From an uncultured archaeon (lineage in GTDB: Archaea > Asgardarchaeota > Lokiarchaeia > Sigyniarchaeales > SOKP01), in NCBI GenBank assembly GCA_964583985.1, contig CAZOYD010000031.1, positions 1 through 38,683 of the forward strand: 38,683 nucleotides of DNA, read 5' to 3'. Positions 19,939 to 29,931 of this stretch are shown one piece after another (position 1 is the stretch's first letter; the number at the start of each line of letters is the position of its first letter). The translations under genes were made by a program, and so were the position numbers. Under the pieces are notes generated by a model. The model made no database searches. It saw only the letters and a list, made by a program, of their open reading frames with translations, and was not told the DNA's origin.

Positions 19939-20248
19939 GTATTATCAACATCTCAATTTAGATTAATACTAATAATCATTATAACCCAATTTTATATAAA
20001 AGACTTTCATTTAAATAATGAAATAATTAAATTCGACAATAGAGTCAAATATCATTTTGAAAAAAGATACTTATTTATTTCGGAGACATCAAAATCTATT
20101 TTTTCTTTTTTCCTTTAATTTTTTCCTTTTTTTTTATAGTTATAGTTTTAAAACAAATCAACTTACAGTTTATTTTTTATGAAGAATAACCTAAAGAAAT
20201 TAATAGTAGTCAACACGATATTATATGAAGTATTTAAGGTGAGATATC

Positions 20249-20734
20249 ATTCCCGTACAAAATTTTATGGATTTATACAAATTCTTACCCAAAACAAATT
20301 GTAAAAAATGTACTCCTAAAACTTGCATGGCATTCGCTCTAGCATTATTACAAGGTAAAGTTAAAATTGAGGATTGTCCCCCGCTTTTAGAACCAAAGTA
20401 CAAGAAAGAATACGAAACGTTAAAAGAACTGATTGGATCAGAAGAAGGGCAAGAAAAAGAATTAAAAATTAACGTTGATACGGAATTATGCGATGGATGT
20501 GGCATATGTGTTACCGTTTGTCCCGTAAATGCAAGATATTGTCCTCCTACCTTAAGTGGTAAGGCTCCAGATTATCCTCCGGATTCGCATCAATTATTTC
20601 AAGTTAAACAAGGGAAGTGTGAATTGTTAAATATTAAGTTTTGTCGGCGAATAGAAGCAGAAGGTAGAGAAAGGGAATGTCGAGTATGTGAAACATACTG
20701 CCCACGAGAAGCAATTAAAATAGAATACGTCTAA
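20249..20734 (+). CDS. fwdG: Formylmethanofuran dehydrogenase FwdG-like Fe-S protein (FeS domain + 4Fe-4S dicluster)
   Basis: 'YKFLPKTNCKKCTPKTCMAFA...DCPPL' plus 'CDGCGICVTVCP' and 'CRVCETYCP'; first gene of the fwd cluster. Start is ATG 20267 or ATT 20249 (after an AGGTGA SD). Confidence 0.8.
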   Translation: MPVQNFMDLYKFLPKTNCKKCTPKTCMAFALALLQGKVKIEDCPPLLEPKYKKEYETLKELIGSEEGQEKELKINVDTELCDGCGICVTVCPVNARYCPPTLSGKAPDYPPDSHQLFQVKQGKCELLNIKFCRRIEAEGRERECRVCETYCPREAIKIEYV

Positions 20735-20753
20735 TACCAAAGGTGAAGTTGAG

Positions 20754-22058
20754 ATGAAAAGAGTTCCATGTTCAGGATGCTCATTATTGTGTGATGATAT
20801 TATCGTAAGAAGCGATGGAATATTTATTGATGAAGTTGTTGGAGCTTGTATTAAAGGAAAAGAACATTTTGATCAAGTTACCGCAAAAAATCGCCAAACT
20901 TCTCCCATGCACAGAGAAGGTAATAACATGAAGAAAATAGAATGGGATCAATGTTATAATGAAGTGACAGAATTAATCAAAAAATCAAAAAAACCATTAC
21001 TTTATGGATTTTCAACAGTAAGTTGTGAAGCACAGTTAGAAGGAATCCAACTTGCTGAGAAAATAAACGGTCATATTGATTCAAATTCTTCTATTTGTCA
21101 AGGTAAAGTCATCGAAAGATCCAAGCTTGAAGGTTTGACGTTAACGACAATTGGAGAAGTTATTAACAAGGCAGATCTAATAATTTTATGGGGAGCAAAT
21201 CCAGCAGAAAGCATACCTCGTTTGTTGAATAAAACAGTATTTTCACGTGGTAAATTCCGCATGACGGGTAGAGAAATTAAGACCTTGATTATTGTTGATC
21301 CCGTGCAAACTGCTTCATTTGGAGTTATAGGTGTGAGAGATCTATCGTTAATGATTGACCCTGGCAAAGATATTGATTTAATACGAGTTTTAAAGGATGA
21401 ATGTTGCACAGCTGACTCTATTCCTTCTGAAGGAGTTGCTGGAATTGATACTGATGATTTAAAACGACTATTACTCCACCTCACTGGAGCAGAGTATGGG
21501 GTTATTTTTATGGGACAAGGGTTATTGAGACCTAAAAACGATTATGATACGTTAAAAGAATTTTTAGAATTAATCGAGATGATTAATTCAAAACAAAAAA
21601 AAGGTAGAATTGCTCTTATAACGATGGGGGGCCATTATAACATGACAGGTTTTGACCACGTTGCACTTGCTAACTATGGTCAAACTGGTAATTTGAACTT
21701 CAGAAATAACCAATTAGAAGTTACTGAAAAAAATACGATTCAAAAAATAAGCAGTGAAGATTTTGATTTGTCAATTATTGTTGGAACAGATCCTATCTCA
21801 CATTTACCTGCCAATTTGAGTTCAAAATTAATGAAGCATCCTATTATCGTTATAGACAATAAGAAATCAGCAACAGGCGAGATAGCAGATTTATTCCTTC
21901 CAAGCGCTATTACTGGGATTGAATGCGAAGGTCTTGCGTATCGATTAGATCATGTACCAATTGAATTACAAAAAATCATAAATCCTCCAAATAACATTCC
22001 TTCCGATGAAGAAATCTTACGTGAACTATTAAAACGATTAAAAGATGGAGGTTCTTAA
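20754..22058 (+). CDS. fwdB: Formylmethanofuran dehydrogenase subunit B-like (divergent)
   Basis: N-terminal CSGCSLLCDD...C, 'KPLLYG', 'TIGEVINKADLIILWGANPAES', 'GHYN', 'GIECEGLAYRLDHVP'. Confidence 0.9.
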   Translation: MKRVPCSGCSLLCDDIIVRSDGIFIDEVVGACIKGKEHFDQVTAKNRQTSPMHREGNNMKKIEWDQCYNEVTELIKKSKKPLLYGFSTVSCEAQLEGIQLAEKINGHIDSNSSICQGKVIERSKLEGLTLTTIGEVINKADLIILWGANPAESIPRLLNKTVFSRGKFRMTGREIKTLIIVDPVQTASFGVIGVRDLSLMIDPGKDIDLIRVLKDECCTADSIPSEGVAGIDTDDLKRLLLHLTGAEYGVIFMGQGLLRPKNDYDTLKEFLELIEMINSKQKKGRIALITMGGHYNMTGFDHVALANYGQTGNLNFRNNQLEVTEKNTIQKISSEDFDLSIIVGTDPISHLPANLSSKLMKHPIIVIDNKKSATGEIADLFLPSAITGIECEGLAYRLDHVPIELQKIINPPNNIPSDEEILRELLKRLKDGGS

Positions 22059-22061
22059 TCA

Positions 22062-22442
22062 ATGGAATTCATTCTTAATACAATCAGAAAAATGGATAAT
22101 GACCAAGCAAGAGAATATGCACTCGGAGATGAAACCACGTTAAAAGAAAAATTAGCTATTGTCATATTAAACCCAGACGATATCAAACAGTTAAATATTA
22201 AACAAGGTTCAATAGTTAAGATCTATAATGAAACAGGATTCGTTCATGTAAAATGCATTCAAGATGAAAAAGTACCTTTAAATATGGCCATGATGCCAGT
22301 ATCTATTTGGTCCAACCAGATAACAAGAGTGATAAACAATGAGCTTGAATATAAAAATATCGAAGTTAAAATAGAAGCTGTTGATAAACCAATTTTAGAT
22401 TTAAAATCAATCCTTCAAAAAATTCGGGAGGAATCACGATGA
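22062..22442 (+). CDS. fwdD: Formylmethanofuran dehydrogenase subunit D-like
   Basis: Molybdopterin dinucleotide-binding-type pattern 'LNPDDIKQLNIKQGSIVKI.NETG.V...MP..IWSN...YKNIEV'; lies between fwdB and fwdA. Confidence 0.85.
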   Translation: MEFILNTIRKMDNDQAREYALGDETTLKEKLAIVILNPDDIKQLNIKQGSIVKIYNETGFVHVKCIQDEKVPLNMAMMPVSIWSNQITRVINNELEYKNIEVKIEAVDKPILDLKSILQKIREESR

Positions 22443-24088
22443 ACAAGCTGATTGTAAAAAATGGATTCGTATTCGATCCGATAAATAAAATTGAAGGAGA
22501 AAAACACGATATTCTAATTGAAAATGGAATAATCGTTGGGAAATTTACAAATCAATTGGATATAAAAGAAATTGATGCTAATAATAAAACAGTTATCCCC
22601 GCAGCGATTGATATCCATTCTCATATAGCATCTCAAGAATTAAATTGGATTCGGTTAATAGGATCTAAGGATAAACTTTTTCAAGAATCTTGGCAAGGTT
22701 TAACTTTGAAAAATATTAGCCAACAATACATAAAAAATGGTTATACATTTGTTTTAGACGCAAATATTCTCCCCTCGATGGCAAAACATGCAATTTTCAA
22801 TTTAAAAAATATACCAGTTATTGATTCGGGATTTTTATTGAATGTTAGTAATCTATGGCCCTTAGAATTAGAATTTCAAAAGGGAATGGTGAAAGAAGCC
22901 TCTGGGTTTCTTTCTAACTTGCTATCTATTAGTAAAGGTTTTGGATTAAAGATATATAATCCATTTGAATCAGAAAATTGGAATTATCAAAAAACCAGAG
23001 AAGACTTAAATCAAGGTGGACGCTTGTATAATTTTAAACCCATAGATATATACGAAAATCTTACAAAGTATGCAGAACATCTTGGTTTACCTCACTCAAT
23101 TCACGCTCACGTGGAAGGATATGAAAATCCAAATGGTCAAAAGAACTTGATGATTGTTTTGAATAAAATTAAGTCGTTAGGATTAAAAGTAAAGCCAGTA
23201 AATAACGACATCAAGCGTTCCCAGATATTTCATCTCGCACACGCGTCCTCTTATAACATCGATGGAAATAATACCGAATTAATTCAATTTTTCAATGATA
23301 ACGTCAATTTTGACTTGGATTTGGGGTTCATTGGTTTTGATCCGGTAAATCCTTTAATTACCAATGATAGGATAATGATTAATTCCCTGCAAAAATCGAT
23401 TCCAAATACTAAGATTTTCAGGTCAGCTATCGAACTCGAAGGGGACACTTATTCTACAATTAGACAATTTGATAAGAACAATACTGTTCATTATTTCCTA
23501 TGGAATAATGCTATAGAACTAGCGCTTGGTATAAAGAATAAGTGGCAAATACAACTATCATGTAACTTTCCAAATTACTCCAAAATTTCAAACATTCCTA
23601 AAATTGCAACTTGGCTGATGAGCCAGAAAGCCAGAGAGGTGTTTTCGAGTAAATTTCAATTCAAAGCTAAAGATGAAATAGATAAATCACTTACTTTTAA
23701 TGAATTTATTATAATTTCCCGTTCAAGTCCTGCCAAATCTTTAGGTATCGGAAATATTAAAGGAAACTTGGGAATAGGTGCTGACGCAGATATCAATATT
23801 TTAAATTGTAATCTCACAACCCTTGATATCGAAAAAAATTACCAAGTTCTTGAAAACACATTAGAAAACATTGAATTTGTTATCAAGGGTGGAAGGATTG
23901 TTAAAAAGGGGAATGAATTGGATTATAATTCAAAAGGTAAGATTTTATGGGCTTCTGGAAAACCGAATGATGAAGAAATTAAATTTGTCATGTCAAAGAA
24001 AAGTGAGTTTTATCGAAAATATTATTCCATATTCTATGATACATTAAAAGTCCCTGAAAATAAAGATCTATTTCGAAGAATCGTTTAA
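22439..24088 (+). CDS. fwdA: Formylmethanofuran dehydrogenase subunit A-like amidohydrolase (divergent)
   Basis: 'VKNGFVFDPINKIEGE', DIHSHIA, GLKIYNP, LGLPHSIHAH, 'KGNLGIGADADI', 'VIKGGRIV'. Confidence 0.9.
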   Translation: MNKLIVKNGFVFDPINKIEGEKHDILIENGIIVGKFTNQLDIKEIDANNKTVIPAAIDIHSHIASQELNWIRLIGSKDKLFQESWQGLTLKNISQQYIKNGYTFVLDANILPSMAKHAIFNLKNIPVIDSGFLLNVSNLWPLELEFQKGMVKEASGFLSNLLSISKGFGLKIYNPFESENWNYQKTREDLNQGGRLYNFKPIDIYENLTKYAEHLGLPHSIHAHVEGYENPNGQKNLMIVLNKIKSLGLKVKPVNNDIKRSQIFHLAHASSYNIDGNNTELIQFFNDNVNFDLDLGFIGFDPVNPLITNDRIMINSLQKSIPNTKIFRSAIELEGDTYSTIRQFDKNNTVHYFLWNNAIELALGIKNKWQIQLSCNFPNYSKISNIPKIATWLMSQKAREVFSSKFQFKAKDEIDKSLTFNEFIIISRSSPAKSLGIGNIKGNLGIGADADINILNCNLTTLDIEKNYQVLENTLENIEFVIKGGRIVKKGNELDYNSKGKILWASGKPNDEEIKFVMSKKSEFYRKYYSIFYDTLKVPENKDLFRRIV

Positions 24089-24186
24089 TTATTATTTAAT
24101 GATATAATTAAGCTTTTATTTATTGAACATATTATGTAATAAATTTTAACAACTTGACCAGTAAATTAATCAATTGATGTCATAAT

Positions 24187-25290
24187 ATGTTGAATAAAGG
24201 AAAGCAAAAAAAAAGCCAATTCACTTTAAAGGATTTTTTCAAAGAATTAGTAAAAAGCCCTTTTTTAGGGTATACATGGGCAGCAACTAACGTTTTAATA
24301 ATATTTTACATGTGCATAGTTATCTTTTTAGGCCCAGCTGAAAATTTACCAATATTTGGGCAATTTCCCGATATTCACGGAATGACATTCTTGTTACTCA
24401 TTACATTTTCTTTTTTTTTATTATTTCTATTTATTATCTCTTGGTTTAAAAAAATTGAATCCAAAATCAAGAGAGAAAAAGCTTATCTCAAACTTATAGG
24501 GCTAAACGTTATTTTCTTTTTAGGTGCGCTATTTATACCGGTAGGAATTTTTATTGGGGTATATATAATAGCATTTTTTTGTTGGTACTCCTTGAGCGCA
24601 TTATTTTTTATCATATTCTCACGTGGAATATCATTTAAGAGTATGGAACCATTTAATAAAAAAAATAAATCATTACCAATTTTACTCTATTTGATTATTT
24701 GGTTCATAATGTTTAGTTTATTTGGAGCTTCATTTATCTATATTCCTTGGATGTCTTTAGATATATTTAAACAAATGCCACTACTAATATTTCCGCTTTT
24801 TATCATTATATTACCTCTTTTAGGATTATTATTAAAACCAAAAAGTGGAATACGCGTTCCTATCACACTATTTAGCTTGATAATTTCCGCTTATACGTTT
24901 TATAATTGGATCCGATACTTATCTTGGACTGAAAATTCAAAGTTGTTTACGATCTCTGATGCCGTGATAGACATAATGCTCATCACTTATGCCTTTTTTG
25001 CTTTATCCAAGAATTCGAAAAAGATCTCTGTTCTCATGAAGAATAAAGTAAGCGCTGACCAATTATTACTACTTTTTATTTGGTCTCGTATATCTTCAAT
25101 GATATTACTCTTAACTGTGAGTGATTATGAATTGTTTGGCATTAGCGCTTTAGAAGGATCTTATTTAGCACAGATGTTCTTGATCATGGTGATTGGATTT
25201 ATTATTGGGATTTTTTGGATTAGAAAGGGTTTGGTAGCTGATGATTCTAAAACAGAAATACTCCCATCCATTGAAGACCAATTATCATAA
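24187..25290 (+). CDS. Polytopic membrane protein of unknown function
   Basis: 367 aa with about 10 hydrophobic segments; no recognised motif. Confidence 0.75.
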   Translation: MLNKGKQKKSQFTLKDFFKELVKSPFLGYTWAATNVLIIFYMCIVIFLGPAENLPIFGQFPDIHGMTFLLLITFSFFLLFLFIISWFKKIESKIKREKAYLKLIGLNVIFFLGALFIPVGIFIGVYIIAFFCWYSLSALFFIIFSRGISFKSMEPFNKKNKSLPILLYLIIWFIMFSLFGASFIYIPWMSLDIFKQMPLLIFPLFIIILPLLGLLLKPKSGIRVPITLFSLIISAYTFYNWIRYLSWTENSKLFTISDAVIDIMLITYAFFALSKNSKKISVLMKNKVSADQLLLLFIWSRISSMILLLTVSDYELFGISALEGSYLAQMFLIMVIGFIIGIFWIRKGLVADDSKTEILPSIEDQLS

Positions 25291-25323
25291 GCAATATACT
25301 TAAGAATTTCTTTTTTTATTTTA

Positions 25324-26790
25324 TTATCCAATTACATGATAATGTAATGAAGAACGACGGTAATACAAGGGAGATATAATATATGCTAATGGTCTAGTTC
25401 TTACGTATTTTTCTAAATCCTTTTCTAAGAAACTATATGCTAAAAGATGTACAATTGGGATTATTAACTGTGTCCATTCGTCATATTGGCTCTGAGAAAA
25501 ACTATTTTCTATCTTAATAATTTTTGGATTCATTGCTAATAAAAGCGCATATTCAACCAACTCAGGAATAAACTTTGCACTTTGAGCTCGTAAGATGTTC
25601 ATTTCTGCTCTCAATAAGATCATCCAAGTTTCTTTAACGTTCCATGGAAATAGAGCTGCAAGCGATGCGAAAAATTTAGACCCTTCAGGAAGATCACGCA
25701 TTAATTCATTAAAATAGTTCAATTTTGATAGATCCCCTATAAAGGGAATAACAAATGAGGCATACAGAACTTCTTCTAATCTATATGAACCAATTGGGTG
25801 ATCCTTGAATACTTGCACCAAATTATTTACATATTCATCTCCTAAAGCTTTGCTTCCGTGCTTTTGAGCCCAATTGGAAAATAATTTTCCGATCATTGAA
25901 GTAGCTTTTATAATTTTTTTATTTAGAGCATAACCTTTATATAGAGATTCGCTTATGTCGTTAGCTGGATTATCTTTACGATATTCATGTTGCATATCTA
26001 TCTCAATTTTTAATGTATCTCCATAGGAGCTAGGCATTTTTAAATGGGGATTTCTCATAAAATTAATGGAAAGAGCCATCATTCTCTTCTCAGCTTGCTC
26101 ATAGGTATATACTCTGTTCGAAATCAAATTATAAGCCTTTTCTAATCCCTCCAAATTAGAATTTAATAAGTAAACTGCCCAAATTGGAGTGAATACTCCC
26201 GTATTCATTATATTGCCCACTCTATCAATTAGGGATGAAAATTCTTGATCAAGTCGACTAATAACGTTAACTAATTCACTTAAATCTTTTGATAAAAACC
26301 TCTCTCGAGCTTTTATCTCGTCAATCATGTTATCTCCTATAGGAGTTAAGATGACATTTTTTCCATTGACTCGTACAGCTTGATTAACGGATTGTTTTTG
26401 ATCATTTAATTCCAAAATTTGATCTTTAATAATTGTGACTTGTACATCCATATTTTTTATCTCGTTTTTCATTTTAGAAATTTGAGACTTGAGCCTTCTT
26501 CCCTTTCCAAGATATAAAAAACTAAATAACTTACTACCCAAAGAAACACGTTCATATTCTCTTTCTACAGATAACAGCTCCTTATTTAATCTATGAATTT
26601 CGTCATTTAATTGATTATAATTCATTTTAAGAGTGCTGATATCACTTTCCAATGGTAGATCGTAACTCTCTTTTTTATATTCATTAATAAAGGAAAATTT
26701 CAATAAGTATGAAATTTCATCAGAAGTACAAGGGATATCCTCCCTTTTTTTAATCGAGGTTAAAATTTCTAAAGCTCTTTCACAATCCAT
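25324..26790 (-). CDS. Hypothetical protein with N-terminal coiled coil
   Basis: 488 aa ORF; heptad-rich region ~aa 50-135; last gene of a tightly coupled three-gene run. Confidence 0.75.
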   Translation of the reverse strand: MDCERALEILTSIKKREDIPCTSDEISYLLKFSFINEYKKESYDLPLESDISTLKMNYNQLNDEIHRLNKELLSVEREYERVSLGSKLFSFLYLGKGRRLKSQISKMKNEIKNMDVQVTIIKDQILELNDQKQSVNQAVRVNGKNVILTPIGDNMIDEIKARERFLSKDLSELVNVISRLDQEFSSLIDRVGNIMNTGVFTPIWAVYLLNSNLEGLEKAYNLISNRVYTYEQAEKRMMALSINFMRNPHLKMPSSYGDTLKIEIDMQHEYRKDNPANDISESLYKGYALNKKIIKATSMIGKLFSNWAQKHGSKALGDEYVNNLVQVFKDHPIGSYRLEEVLYASFVIPFIGDLSKLNYFNELMRDLPEGSKFFASLAALFPWNVKETWMILLRAEMNILRAQSAKFIPELVEYALLLAMNPKIIKIENSFSQSQYDEWTQLIIPIVHLLAYSFLEKDLEKYVRTRPLAYIISPLYYRRSSLHYHVIG

Positions 26791-26791
26791 T

Positions 26792-27967
26792 TTAATTCAC
26801 CATTTCAAGTAAAGGAATTTCAACTGAAGGAAGGTCAGTTCCTTCTAATACAATAAATAAATCTTTATTTTGATATTTTGAATATGCATATCTATCTTGA
26901 TTTATAGCAAGTTGGATGAGAAGTGCTAATTCTTCTCTCTGTCTATTCCATGACTTCTTTGAATCTTCTAATTGGTGTCGATATGAATCAATTTTTACTA
27001 AAGCAAAAAGAAATTCAAATGCTAATTTCTCCCATTCTTTAGTTTGATTTTCTGCAAATTTATCTTGATGAACTGTTTTCCAAATTAATCCTTCCAAGTC
27101 AGCAAAGTGAATATTACCATCAGGAGCAACCACGCAATCTTTATCAAGCCATACATCTTGATATATTATCCCTGTTACATTATTTCCCTCTTTTTTTGCT
27201 GATCTCAAAAATAAAGATAACAATGCAATCCCGCTCTTAATGAAATTAATTTCAAATTTTTCAATTAGTTTTTCAGAATCTAAATCAAATAAAGAAAAGA
27301 AAGAACCGGGATTAGCAACTAAACGAGAAGATTCAAAATACAAACGAATGTTGGAAGGCATTAATCTGATTTCTTGATAAAAATGATCTTTATAAGTGCT
27401 AAACCAAAAAAACTTGCGCGCCATTTCTTCAATCTCAGGAGGTAATTGTACAACGCCTATTACTGGACAAATGTGTGCTCCATTAATAGAATCTAATTTC
27501 GCTAAATTTGAAAAAGCCAACTCATCAAGAGCATTGGTAAAACCTTGACAACCATACGGACTTTCTCCCATCCATGATTCACTCATAATAAATCCGGTTC
27601 CAGTCGTTAATTTATCTATAAGATGAAGGGAAGCAGGATCACGGCATGCATTTCGTATTAGAAGGGGCGATAATGATTTTCCTGCATACATATCTTCATA
27701 TGCTCCACATCCTTTAATAGCTAAAAAAAATAACGTGCCATTTAAGTTGACTGAAAATTCTGGGAATAAAGCGTTGCGATTTTCATCTTTTATCGCATTT
27801 AATTTTGGTTCCTTGATATCATGTAATTCTGCCGTAGCAGGACCTATGTACCCTTTTATCCACTTCTTATACGATTTAAATTGTGGATTCATTGCTGAAA
27901 TTTCAGCATTTATAGAATATAGATTTAAATCAATTGAATCATGAAGAAATTGTTCGAACGTATTCAA
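26792..27967 (-). CDS. Hypothetical protein, possible protein-kinase-like/SelO-like fold
   Basis: 391 aa; 'LAIKGCG', 'QDVWLDKDCVVAPDGNIHFADLE' resemble the beta3-Lys, catalytic-loop and DFG-equivalent elements. Fold call is tentative. Confidence 0.6.
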   Translation of the reverse strand: MNTFEQFLHDSIDLNLYSINAEISAMNPQFKSYKKWIKGYIGPATAELHDIKEPKLNAIKDENRNALFPEFSVNLNGTLFFLAIKGCGAYEDMYAGKSLSPLLIRNACRDPASLHLIDKLTTGTGFIMSESWMGESPYGCQGFTNALDELAFSNLAKLDSINGAHICPVIGVVQLPPEIEEMARKFFWFSTYKDHFYQEIRLMPSNIRLYFESSRLVANPGSFFSLFDLDSEKLIEKFEINFIKSGIALLSLFLRSAKKEGNNVTGIIYQDVWLDKDCVVAPDGNIHFADLEGLIWKTVHQDKFAENQTKEWEKLAFEFLFALVKIDSYRHQLEDSKKSWNRQREELALLIQLAINQDRYAYSKYQNKDLFIVLEGTDLPSVEIPLLEMVN

Positions 27968-29640
27968 AATCGTCTCACCTTTACTTTTGGCATTTTTTTT
28001 CCAAATAGAGTGACATTTCCTAATTTTTGAACATCGAAATCATCATAAATATTTTTGGCGGGGCTATTCCATTCAGCTATTTCTGTAATGATGGAATTGC
28101 ATCCTAATTCTTTTAAAATTGATAATCGAGCATTTACAATTGCCCTCCCAATTCCCTTATTTCTGAAGGCAGGATGAACATATAACCCATATAACCATCC
28201 CGTTTCTTTTCCAGGAGTTGCAAACCCAACACCTAATAGTACTCGATCCAGATATATCTCTGGTCTTTTATAATTTCTTTTTAGGATTTCAGTTAAGATT
28301 CCTTTTACCCATTCTTCTTTAGAAGGAACTGTAGCCATGACGATAATATCGCTCTTCGCGGCTTCAATGACCCATTTTGCATCCTTCTTTTTAGAAGTGC
28401 CACTATCTTCATTAGCAATTAATTTCATGATGGCATCTAAATCCTGATCTGTTGCTGGTTCGACTAGATTGGCATCATAGTGAACATCCATTCCCTGCAA
28501 GTATTCAATTTTAAACACGTCATATTTCTCTATAGTTTTAAAACCAATAAGTCTAGAGAGTTCAGCATGGGCATACTTTACCTTAGTGTATGCTATAAGA
28601 TCCTCGGAATATTTTCCAAAAAATGTTCCGACCTTCCCATTTGGTTCAATAAACCCGATTCCTTTTAATTGTTCTTGATTATGAGCAGAAACTATTATTT
28701 TTCCTTGAATTTTTGCTCTGGAGAGATATGTAAGGATCATCTCGGAATAAGGAGAATCTACAGAAAATTCCAATCCTCCCGGCATTTTTCTTTCAATCAC
28801 CACTTCCTGTTTTTTACCTTCCGCTCGTACTACTCTTGATTTCCATCGATAATGTTCATAAACTACGTAAAAGATTATAGCGAAAAATAATAATGGAAAC
28901 CAATAAACAAGCAGATACATCCAAATGCAAAAAGGTCGCAAGTAACTTGAAGATGTGACAAAAACGTATGAATCCAACATGAATTCAGAATCATACCCAC
29001 TACTAGAGCCAACATCTTCTTCATGTAATACTTCACCAATTATATATCCTTCAGGAGTAAAATAATCGTCGATCGTATAAGTAGCTTCAAATTGGCCATA
29101 CACATCATCTCTTAAATATTGTCCGGCAGATGTTAATCGTTTTCCCGTGAATGGCATAAGATGTCCGGACCAAATTAATCCATCTCCAACAAATTCATAA
29201 GTTTCACTAAGCATGGAATAGTTTTCAGTTTGAATTCCTCCGGGGATATAAAACCAGACATTTAAGCCAGTGGCATTATACTCTTGATCACCAGGAGAAA
29301 GATATTGTCCATTTATTAATGAATAAGTAAAACTATAATGATCTGTTCCCCCGTAATTCTCTTCGAGATATCCTTCGAGCCAACTTTGAAATGTCCAAAT
29401 AATTACACAAGAAACACTCGCCACTGATCCACTATAATCGATTTCATAATGTCCGTTAGCCCTAAAATTCTCCGAATACCCTAAATACCACCCTCCAGTT
29501 CCAACAATGTCCCAATTGTAGGTATAATCAAATTCTAAGTCATGATCTGTAAAAATGATGCCAAGATAAGGAATCCCAAATAACTGTATAATTACCAACG
29601 TCATTAACATTATTATAAATAATATCGATCTTTTTCTCAT
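27964..29640 (-). CDS. Membrane-anchored GNAT acetyltransferase with extracellular N-terminal domain
   Basis: N-terminal signal/TM, Tyr/Gly-rich region, second TM (~aa 238-262), C-terminal 'GWLYGLYVHPAFRNKGIGRAIV...NSPAKNIY' GNAT motifs A/B. Confidence 0.82.
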   Translation of the reverse strand: MRKRSILFIIMLMTLVIIQLFGIPYLGIIFTDHDLEFDYTYNWDIVGTGGWYLGYSENFRANGHYEIDYSGSVASVSCVIIWTFQSWLEGYLEENYGGTDHYSFTYSLINGQYLSPGDQEYNATGLNVWFYIPGGIQTENYSMLSETYEFVGDGLIWSGHLMPFTGKRLTSAGQYLRDDVYGQFEATYTIDDYFTPEGYIIGEVLHEEDVGSSSGYDSEFMLDSYVFVTSSSYLRPFCIWMYLLVYWFPLLFFAIIFYVVYEHYRWKSRVVRAEGKKQEVVIERKMPGGLEFSVDSPYSEMILTYLSRAKIQGKIIVSAHNQEQLKGIGFIEPNGKVGTFFGKYSEDLIAYTKVKYAHAELSRLIGFKTIEKYDVFKIEYLQGMDVHYDANLVEPATDQDLDAIMKLIANEDSGTSKKKDAKWVIEAAKSDIIVMATVPSKEEWVKGILTEILKRNYKRPEIYLDRVLLGVGFATPGKETGWLYGLYVHPAFRNKGIGRAIVNARLSILKELGCNSIITEIAEWNSPAKNIYDDFDVQKLGNVTLFGKKMPKVKVRRF

Positions 29641-29931
29641 TGGTTATAATCAACTCTAACGGTTATGATTGAATGATTATTAATTCTATCATATTGAATT
29701 TCAATAAATATTATGATCGATCTAACAATATTCCAATATAAACTTTATTTAGTTTAGCTCAACGCAATCAAAACATTTAAATAGTTTTTTTTGAAATATA
29801 GCTGATATTTTGCATTTATAGAAAATAAGCAATTTTCCCTTTCAATTTTCCGTGCATTCGAAGAAGATATATATGCTTAATTTAACCTAATAAGAAAGGA
29901 TATAAAAGTATAATATAAATGGTAAAATATA

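Noticed and set aside
20095-20180. Long T-tracts here and in other intergenic gaps
   Set aside because: Ordinary for AT-rich archaeal intergenic DNA; possible terminators but not individually supportable.
20267-20420. CdhE/AcsC (corrinoid Fe-S protein) call for the LPKTNC motif
   Set aside because: The protein is only about 160 aa with a ferredoxin C-terminus and precedes fwdB, which fits FwdG.
21096-21098. Selenocysteine in FwdB
   Set aside because: The ligand codon is TGT (Cys); no in-frame TGA in the gene.
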